From positions 1,597 through 65,596 of the forward strand of contig CALJEJ010000004.1 of assembly GCA_938074745.1 (NCBI GenBank): 64,000 bases of DNA, written 5' to 3'. The DNA comes from an uncultured Endomicrobiia bacterium. Its GTDB lineage: Bacteria > Elusimicrobiota > Endomicrobiia > DTEH01. The notes beneath the pieces are model-generated. The model saw nothing but the letters and a program-made list of their open reading frames with translations. It did no database searches and was not told where the DNA came from. Below, one piece after another: positions 1-8,326 of the stretch; position 1 is the stretch's first letter, and each line of letters opens with the position of its first letter. The translations under genes were made by a program, and so were the position numbers.

Positions 1-937
1 ATTTACTCAAATATTCTTTCACACTTTCAGCGGCAACCGCACCGTCAGAACATGCTGTAACAACTTGTTTCAAATTCCCTTTTCTACAATCGCCGGCAGC
101 AAAAATTCCTAACAGAGAACTACAAAGTTTTTCATTTACCACTATATACCCTTCGGAGTCCAGTTCTAATATATCTTTTACAAACTCTGTATTTGGTATT
201 TCACCTATAAAAACAAATATACCATCACAACAAATAGTTCTTGTTTCGCCAGAATCTACAAATTTTATTTCTACAGACTCAACTTTTTGTGAACCTATAA
301 TTTTTTGTACTACTGCAGGTGTTACAATTTCTATTTTTTTATTCTGGAACACTTGTTGTTGTAAAATTTTTGTTCCGCGGAACTCTTTTCTTCTATGGAC
401 AAGGTAGATTTTATTAACAAATTTTGCAATATACAAAGTTTCCTGCAGTGCAGTATCTCCACCACCTACTACTACTACTGTTTTATCTCTATACAATGGA
501 GCGTCACAAATACCACAGTATGAAATACCACGACCTACAAACTGTTCTTCATTTTCTATGTTCAACATTTTTGCTCTACGTCCAGTAGCAATTATTACTG
601 TTTTTGAACTTACAGGTTCGTCAGTGTTAGAAAAAAATATTTCAAACTTTGAAATGTGCGGTTGGGAAATTTTTTTTACTTCTTCAGTTATATGTTCACA
701 ACCAAACTTTATAGTTTGCGATTTCATAAGTTCTAAAAGTTCGCTACCTGAAATACCGTTAGGAAAACCCGGATAGTTTTCTATTTTGTCGGTTAATAAC
801 ACTTGAGAAGGTAAAGTGGGCGAACTTATAATCAAAGTTTTTAACATAGCACGAGAAGTATAAATCCCAGCGGTAAGTCCTGCAGGTCCACCTCCTATTA
901 TTATTACATCGTAGAAATTTTCTTTTCTCTCTGACAT
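1..937 (-). CDS. trxB: Thioredoxin-disulfide reductase (TrxB-like), partial; C-terminus lies beyond window start
   Basis: Minus-strand ORF with ATG at 935-937 and no stop before pos 1. N-term MSERKENFYDVIIIGGGPAGLTAGIYTSRA (FAD GxGxxG), CxxC redox motif (CGIC), second GGGDTA NAD(P)H fold and HRR motif, C-term GIFAAGDC. Not listed in ORF track because open-ended. Confidence 0.8.
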   Translation of the reverse strand, partial: MSERKENFYDVIIIGGGPAGLTAGIYTSRAMLKTLIISSPTLPSQVLLTDKIENYPGFPNGISGSELLELMKSQTIKFGCEHITEEVKKISQPHISKFEIFFSNTDEPVSSKTVIIATGRRAKMLNIENEEQFVGRGISYCGICDAPLYRDKTVVVVGGGDTALQETLYIAKFVNKIYLVHRRKEFRGTKILQQQVFQNKKIEIVTPAVVQKIIGSQKVESVEIKFVDSGETRTICCDGIFVFIGEIPNTEFVKDILELDSEGYIVVNEKLCSSLLGIFAAGDCRKGNLKQVVTACSDGAVAAESVKEYLSK

Positions 938-949
938 AATACCTTAAAT

Positions 950-2251
950 CTAATTTTTTATATATTTTTGAAGAAATTTTCCTACATAAAACGTCCCTAC
1001 GAAAAATATATTATTAAAATTTTTTATATAATTCAACACTGACGATAAGTCTTCAAACTTCGCCAATTTTTCTTCAGGGAAAAATTTTTTAAATTCAGAA
1101 TATAAAACAGCAGGGTCTTGAACTCTATCTATTGGCAGACGATAAAATACGATTTTTCTTATTCTATTTTTTAGAGTTTTAAATATTCTTGCTATAGATT
1201 TATAATCTTTATCCCGCATTAAAGCAAAACATATAACTATATTATCAACTGAAGAAAGTTTTATTGTATTGACAAAATTTTTTATTGCTTGTGGGTTATG
1301 TGCAGCGTCAAGTATACAACGTATATTTTTGTTTTCATACTGAAGTATAACAGGTTGCATCCGTAACGGAATAGAAATATCAACTGCAGATTTTATTTTT
1401 TCAAAATCAAGTTTTTTTATAAAATTTTTTTGAAAAAGTTGAGTTACAATATCTATTGAAATAAGAACATTCAACGGCTGAACTATTGAACACATAGGAA
1501 TCTTAACCTGTATCGGCTGACGAGTTAAAGTAATACAATCAAACTGTGTTTCCCATCGGTGAAAATCATACTTTACATTTTTAATTCTATTTTTGTCAAC
1601 AAACCAAAGTTCAGTATTTTGTTTGTTACAAAGTTTTTTAAGATATTTTTTTACAAACTTTTTTTGTTCTGCACAGATACAAATAGAATCAGGTTTTATT
1701 ATTCCCGATTTATCTTTTAAAATTTGATATTCTGTTTTCCCTAAAACTTCAGTATGGTCTAAAGAAATACTTGTCAATACAGAAATTATACTATGTGGCA
1801 CAACGTTCGTAGCATCAAGTTTACCACCTAACCCTACCTCAAGAATACTAAAATCTGGTTGTTTCTCAGCAAAGTATAAAAACATAATACAACTGAGAAG
1901 TTCAAAATAAGTGAGGTTTAAGTTTTTGTAAGTTTTTATAGTAAATATTTGTTTTAGATATTTTTCAACCTCTTTTATTGAAATAGGGTTGTTGTTTATA
2001 CAAATTCGTTGGGTAAAATCAACAACATGTGGTGAAGTAAAACTTCCAACTGTGTAGCCTAAAGATTGAAGAATGTTTGCAGTGTAATACGCTACAGAAC
2101 CTTTCCCGTTGGTACCTGTTATATGAATAACATTTTTAAGTTTTTTATGTGGTTCGTTAAGAAAAGTTAATACTGCAGAGATATTTTCAAGAGTATAATT
2201 TTTTTTAATATACTCTTTTTTTTCTATAGATTCTAACAATTTTAACCACAT
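950..2251 (-). CDS. folC: Folylpolyglutamate synthase / dihydrofolate synthase (Mur ligase family)
   Basis: ITGTNGKGS P-loop of Mur ligase family, FolC-like length (433 aa) and overall architecture. Confidence 0.8.
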   Translation of the reverse strand: MWLKLLESIEKKEYIKKNYTLENISAVLTFLNEPHKKLKNVIHITGTNGKGSVAYYTANILQSLGYTVGSFTSPHVVDFTQRICINNNPISIKEVEKYLKQIFTIKTYKNLNLTYFELLSCIMFLYFAEKQPDFSILEVGLGGKLDATNVVPHSIISVLTSISLDHTEVLGKTEYQILKDKSGIIKPDSICICAEQKKFVKKYLKKLCNKQNTELWFVDKNRIKNVKYDFHRWETQFDCITLTRQPIQVKIPMCSIVQPLNVLISIDIVTQLFQKNFIKKLDFEKIKSAVDISIPLRMQPVILQYENKNIRCILDAAHNPQAIKNFVNTIKLSSVDNIVICFALMRDKDYKSIARIFKTLKNRIRKIVFYRLPIDRVQDPAVLYSEFKKFFPEEKLAKFEDLSSVLNYIKNFNNIFFVGTFYVGKFLQKYIKN

Positions 2252-2272
2252 GATTAAAAAGGTAAGAAAAAC

Positions 2273-3445
2273 TTATAAATGTCGTCGGACAATATCTATA
2301 TCTTTATCTCCCCGACCTGATAGACATATCACTACAATATTGTTTTTATGGAACCGTTTTTTATTTTTTACCACATATCCTATTGCATGAGCAGGTTCTA
2401 ACGCAGGCAAAATACCTTCCAGTTTTGACAATATTTCAAACCCTAACAACGCAGTATCGTCACTAGCAGAAACATATTCAGCACGAGAAATTGATTTATA
2501 AAAACTATGTTCAGGTCCTACTGCTGGATAATCAAGACCTGCAGAAATTGAGTAGGTAGGTTGCACCTGACCATCTTTATCCACAAGAACAAAAGTTTTC
2601 ATTCCGTGCAAGATACCTATTTTGCCTTTATGCAACGTTGCAGAATGAAGGTTAGTATTTAACCCTTTACCTGCTGCTTCCACACCTATCATTTTAACAT
2701 TTTTCTCATTAAAAAACGGGTGGAACAAACCTATTGCATTTGACCCACCACCTACACAGGAAACTAAATAGTCTGGTAAACGTTTTTCTAACTTTAAAAT
2801 TTGCCTTTTTGTTTCCCACCCTATTATTGACTGAAAATTCCGTACTATCAACGGATATGGATGTGGCCCTACTACGGAACCTATTATATAAAAAGTATTT
2901 TTAACATTTGTTACCCAATCTCGTAAACATTCGTTAATTGCATCTTTAAGTGTTTTACTACCAGTTTTTACAGGGACAACCTCCGCCCCTAAAAGTTTCA
3001 TTCGGTAAACATTTATTTGTTGTCTGTGCACATCCTCTTCTCCCATATATACCACACAACGTAAGTTAAACAACGCACAAACTGTCGCAGTAGCAACACC
3101 GTGTTGACCTGCACCTGTTTCTGCAATAACACGTTTTTTACCTATAATTTTAGCTAACAATGCTTGACCAATAGTATTGTTTATTTTATGTGCTCCTGTA
3201 TGACACAAATCTTCACGTTTAAGATAAATTTTAAACCCACAATATTCGGAAAGATTTTTTGCATAGTAGAGTGGTGTAGGCCTTCCTACATAAGTGGTAT
3301 AGTAATAGTTTAACTCGGATAAAAATTTTTTAGTCTTGTAAAATTTAAAATATACCTGTTCTAACTCTTCTAACGGGAAATACAGTGTCTCAGGAACAAA
3401 CCTACCACCAAACTGACCAAAATACCACTTGGAATTTACAGACAT
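2273..3445 (-). CDS. trpB: Tryptophan synthase beta chain
   Basis: N-terminal [10 protein letters not shown] motif, PLP-enzyme fold, 390 aa typical of TrpB1; no trpA adjacent. Confidence 0.85.
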   Translation of the reverse strand: MSVNSKWYFGQFGGRFVPETLYFPLEELEQVYFKFYKTKKFLSELNYYYTTYVGRPTPLYYAKNLSEYCGFKIYLKREDLCHTGAHKINNTIGQALLAKIIGKKRVIAETGAGQHGVATATVCALFNLRCVVYMGEEDVHRQQINVYRMKLLGAEVVPVKTGSKTLKDAINECLRDWVTNVKNTFYIIGSVVGPHPYPLIVRNFQSIIGWETKRQILKLEKRLPDYLVSCVGGGSNAIGLFHPFFNEKNVKMIGVEAAGKGLNTNLHSATLHKGKIGILHGMKTFVLVDKDGQVQPTYSISAGLDYPAVGPEHSFYKSISRAEYVSASDDTALLGFEILSKLEGILPALEPAHAIGYVVKNKKRFHKNNIVVICLSGRGDKDIDIVRRHL

Positions 3446-3449
3446 AATA

Positions 3450-4892
3450 TTACAAAACTGTTCTAACGATAAGAAACGATTTTTTCCCAGAGGTTATTTT
3501 TATTTCTGGTATAATTTTTTTTACTACAACTTGGTTATTTCTGTCAACAAACTTTATTTCTAACCTATAATTGTTAGGTTCAAGTTCTTTCATAGCAAAA
3601 GAAATATATTTTGGTAACAATCTCCAAGAACGTTTATCTGCTTTTTCTGTAGCAGCAGCGGTTATTTGCAACGCTTTTTTAGCTAACCATCCTGTAAACT
3701 CATCCGTATTTTTCTGTACTCGTTGTGAAACAGCATGTGTTAGAACATATTTCACTGCAGCACGTGCTATGGTTTTGGCACGAATCCTTGCAATTCTATC
3801 ATCTAAACATTTTCTTGCAATAGTGTCTATATCTTCAACTAAAAAAGTTTTTGTTGAAGCAACTTTTTCGTTTTTATTGTTAAATATCTCTATTTCTGCA
3901 GACTCAATCTGGTTTGGAACAGATTCATATTTTGGAAATGCTACTACTATTTGTTCATTGGAAGCAATACTTCTTGCAAGCCGTCTTGCATTTTGTACAT
4001 CAGCTTCTTCATCTTTTGAAACTTTCATACTTCCCACATACGCCCAACCTTCACCAAACGAAATTTCAATAAAATGGTCTACCTTGTACGGAGCAAAACC
4101 GTTGTAATGAATCACTACAAGTTCACCAAATTTATTTCTCTGAGAAACTAAATTTTGATAATCCAGATTTTCCAACTGACTTTTGAACTTATTTGAAATT
4201 TCTTTTATCTCATCTTTAAATCCTAAATAATTGGCAAGTTTTAACATTCTTATAATTAAATCTTTAGGTGTAGAAAATTGATAAATTTTATTGTTCGTGG
4301 TATATATATCTAACGATTGTCTTAAAGACACAAACGCATTGTTAATTTCATTCTGCGATTCATAGATTAAACCTGTAAGATATTTCATAAACGCATCTTC
4401 TTTATACACATTTTTATGTCCATAGTTAACCTCCAACGTCCTAAGTTTATGGTCAACTTTTCGTGCTTCTACGAGCGCATCTTCGTATTTTCTAAGAAGT
4501 AAATAATTTAACGACTGAAATACATTTATAAACACTCGTTCAAAATCTTCCCCATAAAACGATTTCGCATAATCAGAAGTAAGAAAACTTGCTGCTTCTT
4601 CAGAAATACTTTTTGTAAACAATTCTTCAGCAAGTTTTTCTGCACGTTCAAACGCTGAAATTGAAGTTTCATAATCTTGAGCATAATGTGCAATTATACC
4701 TTTGTCCATCCAGTATAACAAAGCATTCTTTTCTCCATACTCTACCATTTTTTTTTCTTCCACTAACGAACTTGCTTTGGCATAATCTTCAGAACCTATT
4801 AATCTTCTAAGAGTGTCATAATAAGTAAACTGTGTTGCACAACTGAAAATAAAAATAACTACTAATAAAACTGCTATAAGAGTTCTGTTCAT
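3450..4892 (-). CDS. Hypothetical lipoprotein (signal peptide + lipobox Cys), co-transcribed with LpoB-like gene
   Basis: [21 protein letters not shown] signal/lipobox; 5-nt spacing to trpB stop; no recognisable catalytic motif. Confidence 0.5.
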   Translation of the reverse strand: MNRTLIAVLLVVIFIFSCATQFTYYDTLRRLIGSEDYAKASSLVEEKKMVEYGEKNALLYWMDKGIIAHYAQDYETSISAFERAEKLAEELFTKSISEEAASFLTSDYAKSFYGEDFERVFINVFQSLNYLLLRKYEDALVEARKVDHKLRTLEVNYGHKNVYKEDAFMKYLTGLIYESQNEINNAFVSLRQSLDIYTTNNKIYQFSTPKDLIIRMLKLANYLGFKDEIKEISNKFKSQLENLDYQNLVSQRNKFGELVVIHYNGFAPYKVDHFIEISFGEGWAYVGSMKVSKDEEADVQNARRLARSIASNEQIVVAFPKYESVPNQIESAEIEIFNNKNEKVASTKTFLVEDIDTIARKCLDDRIARIRAKTIARAAVKYVLTHAVSQRVQKNTDEFTGWLAKKALQITAAATEKADKRSWRLLPKYISFAMKELEPNNYRLEIKFVDRNNQVVVKKIIPEIKITSGKKSFLIVRTVL

Positions 4893-4923
4893 TTTATTAC
4901 ATTTCTATACAGTGCTAATTTTT

Positions 4924-5544
4924 TTAAAACCTTGTTTTAGGCCGTTGGACTACTTTTTTAATTTTTTTCTGGCCAATCCACACTTTTTCGTGTGAACGAA
5001 TATCTATTAGTTCAAGTTCTACTTGATAATATTTAACCAAAGTATTACCTGCTTCGTCAAGTATAGTATTTATCTGCCCTTTTAACATAAAATCTGCACC
5101 TGTCTCTTTTCTAAGCGGTTTTGCAGTTGTTTCTTCTGCATGAGCCATTTGGTCAAGTTTTTCTTCACGAATTTCTTCCCTTTGTTCTTTAGAAGCTACA
5201 AATTTTACTTTACCTGAGTTTATAAGTTCTCGTTCAAGATCTTTTACAAAAGTTTCAGTATTAATGTGTTCATGAGATTTATTACTTATAGTTCCAACAA
5301 TAATAACAGGTTTTCTATTTTTCTCAGCCAAAAATTCTTCTAACCATCCACGAGATAATACATCATTAATCATTTCCGAAGCAACAAGCCGTGAGTCAGT
5401 GTCGTTCCAATATCCGCTGAGGTCAATCTGTTCTTCTACACCTATACGTGTTACTTTAGGTGTAGTGGAACAACCTGTAAAAAGTAACACTATACTACTA
5501 AGTATAAACGAGTAGGTTATTATTTGTTTCATTACATCTTTCAT
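4924..5544 (-). CDS. LpoB-like lipoprotein (COG3417 / penicillin-binding protein activator LpoB fold)
   Basis: Lipoprotein signal (LLFTGCSTT); central region (YWNDTDSRLVASEMINDVL...KPVIIVGTISNKS...NTETFVKDLERELINSGKVKFVASKEQ) follows the conserved LpoB pattern recalled from E. coli LpoB. Confidence 0.5.
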   Translation of the reverse strand: MKDVMKQIITYSFILSSIVLLFTGCSTTPKVTRIGVEEQIDLSGYWNDTDSRLVASEMINDVLSRGWLEEFLAEKNRKPVIIVGTISNKSHEHINTETFVKDLERELINSGKVKFVASKEQREEIREEKLDQMAHAEETTAKPLRKETGADFMLKGQINTILDEAGNTLVKYYQVELELIDIRSHEKVWIGQKKIKKVVQRPKTRF

Positions 5545-5598
5545 AATTTTTACCCCTCCTTTAGATGTGTAATAATGTCCTTTTTTATTTTTACCACT

Positions 5599-5670
5599 TG
5601 GCCACTGCAGGATTTGAACCTGCGACCCCCCGCATGTGAAACGGGTGCTCTACCTCTGAGCCAAGTGGCC
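5599..5670 (-). tRNA. tRNA-Val (anticodon CAC)
   Basis: Manually folded cloverleaf: acceptor GGCCACT/AGTGGCC, D-stem GCTC/GAGC, anticodon stem CCCGT/GCGGG with loop TTCACAT, T-arm GCAGG-TTCAAAT-CCTGC, discriminator A; CCA not encoded. Confidence 0.85.
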
Positions 5671-6714
5671 CTATTTTTTTATTGATTTGATTTCTTTCTC
5701 TAACAACTCGAGTTTTTGTTCTAACAACTTTACTTTTTTTACCATTTCAGGTAGTTTACGAAGAGATAAAAAAATTTTTTTCTGTTGAGTTAACGGTCCT
5801 GCAGGCATACCCCAAATTATAGAATTGTCAGGAACATCTTCAAGTATACCTGTTCTTGCTGCTGCGGTAACATTGTCGCCAATCTTAAGTCCGTTGATAA
5901 CACCTGTCTGGCCTGAAAAAATTGCGTGTTTGCCTATTTTTGTACTACCACCAATTGTAACATGTGCTAACAATATTGAGTTTTCACCAATAGTAACATT
6001 GTGTGCTATATGGACAAGATTATCTATCTTTGTACCTTTACCAATAAGTGTTATACCAACAGTTGCTCTGTCTATTGCAACATTAGCACCAATTTCCACG
6101 TCGTCTTCTATAATCACTTTACCTACTTGAGGTATTTTTATATACTTTTGTGCCTCAGGTAAAAATCCGAACCCGTCACTACCAATAACACTCCCACAAT
6201 GAATTATGACATTGTTGCCAATAACAGTATCTTCCCTGATAGATACGTTAGGGTAGATAAAAGTATTATTACCAATTTTAACATTGTCACCAATATAAAC
6301 ATTACAACATATTACTGTATTATCACCTAAAACAACATTGTCACCAACAACTGTATACGCTCCTATAGAAACATCTTTACCCAACTGAACATTTTTACCT
6401 AAAATTGCAGTTTTATGTATACCACGATAAAAAGTTCGTTTCTCCAAATAAATTATATTTAAAATTTTAACAAACGAAAGGTACGGGTTGGGAACTTCTA
6501 TAGTAGCAACTGGCAATTTCCCTGTCCCTAAAGGAACAATTACACCAGAGGCTTTGGTGGTATAAACTTTTTCTTTAAACCGTTCATCTTTTATAAAACT
6601 AAGCTCGCCTGGTTGGGCTAATTCAATATCGCCCACGCCTGTAATAACAATGTTACCATCGCCAATAAGTTTACCTTCAACTATTTGAGATATTTCTTGT
6701 AACGTAATTTTCAT
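5671..6714 (-). CDS. lpxD: UDP-3-O-(3-hydroxyacyl)glucosamine N-acyltransferase
   Basis: N-terminal MKITLQEI...GDIELAQPGELSF, long left-handed beta-helix hexapeptide repeats (IGDN/VGDN...), C-terminal helical arm; 347 aa. Confidence 0.85.
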   Translation of the reverse strand: MKITLQEISQIVEGKLIGDGNIVITGVGDIELAQPGELSFIKDERFKEKVYTTKASGVIVPLGTGKLPVATIEVPNPYLSFVKILNIIYLEKRTFYRGIHKTAILGKNVQLGKDVSIGAYTVVGDNVVLGDNTVICCNVYIGDNVKIGNNTFIYPNVSIREDTVIGNNVIIHCGSVIGSDGFGFLPEAQKYIKIPQVGKVIIEDDVEIGANVAIDRATVGITLIGKGTKIDNLVHIAHNVTIGENSILLAHVTIGGSTKIGKHAIFSGQTGVINGLKIGDNVTAAARTGILEDVPDNSIIWGMPAGPLTQQKKIFLSLRKLPEMVKKVKLLEQKLELLEKEIKSIKK

Positions 6715-6788
6715 TCAATATAAAAAATTGCTGAAGTATGGATTGTTCTTTACGAAGAGAGACGTATATAAAATAACTGAATCTTGAA

Positions 6789-7181
6789 TTACCGTTTTGT
6801 CCATTGGAACTTTTTTCTTGCTTTTGGTTGACCGGATTTCTTACGTTCTACCATTCTTGGGTCTCGTTTCAACATTCCATTTTTTTTCAATATAGATTTT
6901 AGTTCTTGACGGTACTTTACAAGCGCTCTGGCAATTGCAAGTTTTATAGCATCGGCTTGGCCTGTAATTCCTCCACCATTAACTTTTACTTCAATATCCA
7001 GTTTATCCTTCAAATTTGTAATTGTAAGAGGAGACACTGCAGAAATTTTTTGAACAATATTCCCACCAAAGAAGTCATCTATACTCCTTCCATTTATTGA
7101 AATTTTCCCACTGCCTTCTTTTAATGAAACAACTGCAATTGAAGTTTTTCTTCTACCTAACCCAGTATAAACGTTTTCCAT
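6789..7181 (-). CDS. rpsI: 30S ribosomal protein S9
   Basis: 130 aa, typical basic C-terminus ...KKSGQPKARKKFQWTKR; paired with L13 upstream. Confidence 0.9.
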   Translation of the reverse strand: MENVYTGLGRRKTSIAVVSLKEGSGKISINGRSIDDFFGGNIVQKISAVSPLTITNLKDKLDIEVKVNGGGITGQADAIKLAIARALVKYRQELKSILKKNGMLKRDPRMVERKKSGQPKARKKFQWTKR

Positions 7182-7208
7182 ATTTTCATCCTCCTGAAAA
7201 ACTCTGTT

Positions 7209-7658
7209 TTAGATTTCTTTTTTTATAATATCTTTAACAGGACATTTATACTCGCTGTTGATAAAAATTTTTAACCGTTTAATCATTTTTGCCCGAAGTT
7301 TGTTTTTCGGTAACATACCTTTTACTGCTTCTTTTAATACAAAATCTGCTTTTTGAGGTAAAAGTTTTTTATATGGGATAAACTTTGCGTTACCTAAAAA
7401 ACCTGAGTGTTTAAAATACATTTTTTGTTCCAATTTTTTCCCCGTAAGAAGAATTTTACCTGCGTTTATCGCTATTACAAAATCGCCACAGTCTCTATCA
7501 TGAGAGTAATATGGTTTGTTTTTTCCCATAAGCAACTGAGAAATTATACTCGCAACTCTACCTAAAGGTTTCCCTGCAACATCTATTAAGTACCATTTGC
7601 GGTCAATAGGATAATTAAATTTTGTAACTTTTGCAATAGATGGTAAGATTTTAGTCAT
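7209..7658 (-). CDS. rplM: 50S ribosomal protein L13
   Basis: 149 aa, N-term KWYLIDVAGKPLGRVAS...; conserved rplM-rpsI gene pair. Confidence 0.9.
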   Translation of the reverse strand: MTKILPSIAKVTKFNYPIDRKWYLIDVAGKPLGRVASIISQLLMGKNKPYYSHDRDCGDFVIAINAGKILLTGKKLEQKMYFKHSGFLGNAKFIPYKKLLPQKADFVLKEAVKGMLPKNKLRAKMIKRLKIFINSEYKCPVKDIIKKEI

Positions 7659-7721
7659 ACTGTTTGTCTCCTTCCTGCTAATAAGATTTATTGGGTATGA
7701 TATAATAAAAAAATTTATTTT

Positions 7722-8321
7722 TCAACAATCAGACTCTATTTTTTTTATTATCTTTTCTACTTTCTTTTTTAAATCTGAAATTGTGAGGTTGCTGTTGTTA
7801 ATAACATAATCAGAACGCGCAATTTTATATTTTATTGGAAACTGACGAGATAACAAAAATTTTATTTCTTGCAAATTTATCCCGCGAGAAAGAAGTCGTT
7901 GAGCTTGTATTTTTCTTGTACAATATACAGTAAGCACAAAATCAAATTTTTTTTCCAAATGTTTTTCATATAATAAAGGAATATCTACCGCAACTATCTT
8001 GACACCCTTAGTTTTGTATTTGTTTAACTGTTTATATACATAACCTAAAATTTCTGGATGAACAATCTTTTCAACTGTTAGCAATTTAGCAGGATTATTT
8101 TTTAACCAATCTCTGAGTTTTTTAGTATCTACAAACCCTTCTTTTGAAAGAATCGTATCGGTCAACTCATTGGCCAATTTTTTACTAATTGATTTTTTTG
8201 TTTTCAACAAGTTGTGATATACCGTATCACAGCATATCACTGGTATCCCTAAAGATTTTATTATGTTTAACACAGTAGTTTTACCACCTGCAATATTACC
8301 AGTAACAGCTATTGTTTTCAT
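7722..8321 (-). CDS. coaE: Dephospho-CoA kinase
   Basis: MKTIAVTGNIAGGKTT P-loop at N-terminus, ~200 aa; start chosen at the internal Met preceding the P-loop. Confidence 0.8.
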   Translation of the reverse strand: MKTIAVTGNIAGGKTTVLNIIKSLGIPVICCDTVYHNLLKTKKSISKKLANELTDTILSKEGFVDTKKLRDWLKNNPAKLLTVEKIVHPEILGYVYKQLNKYKTKGVKIVAVDIPLLYEKHLEKKFDFVLTVYCTRKIQAQRLLSRGINLQEIKFLLSRQFPIKYKIARSDYVINNSNLTISDLKKKVEKIIKKIESDC

Positions 8322-8326
8322 AATTA

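Noticed and set aside
490-520. TrxB redox motif reads C-G-I-C rather than the common C-A-T-C
   Set aside because: CxxC dithiol is retained together with the FAD and NADPH (HRR) motifs; this is within known sequence variation for thioredoxin reductases.
558-776. Plus-strand 72-aa ORF and similar short plus-strand ORFs (e.g. 3571-4107, 5825-6130, 31040-31342, 62016-62360) lying antisense inside long minus-strand genes
   Set aside because: All fall inside well-supported conserved genes on the opposite strand, lack RBS and have low-complexity/hydrophobic translations typical of antisense frames in AT-rich DNA.
5671-5790. C-terminal coiled-coil tail on LpxD looked like an unusual extension
   Set aside because: LpxD normally ends in an alpha-helical trimerisation arm of ~40 residues; 347 aa total is standard.
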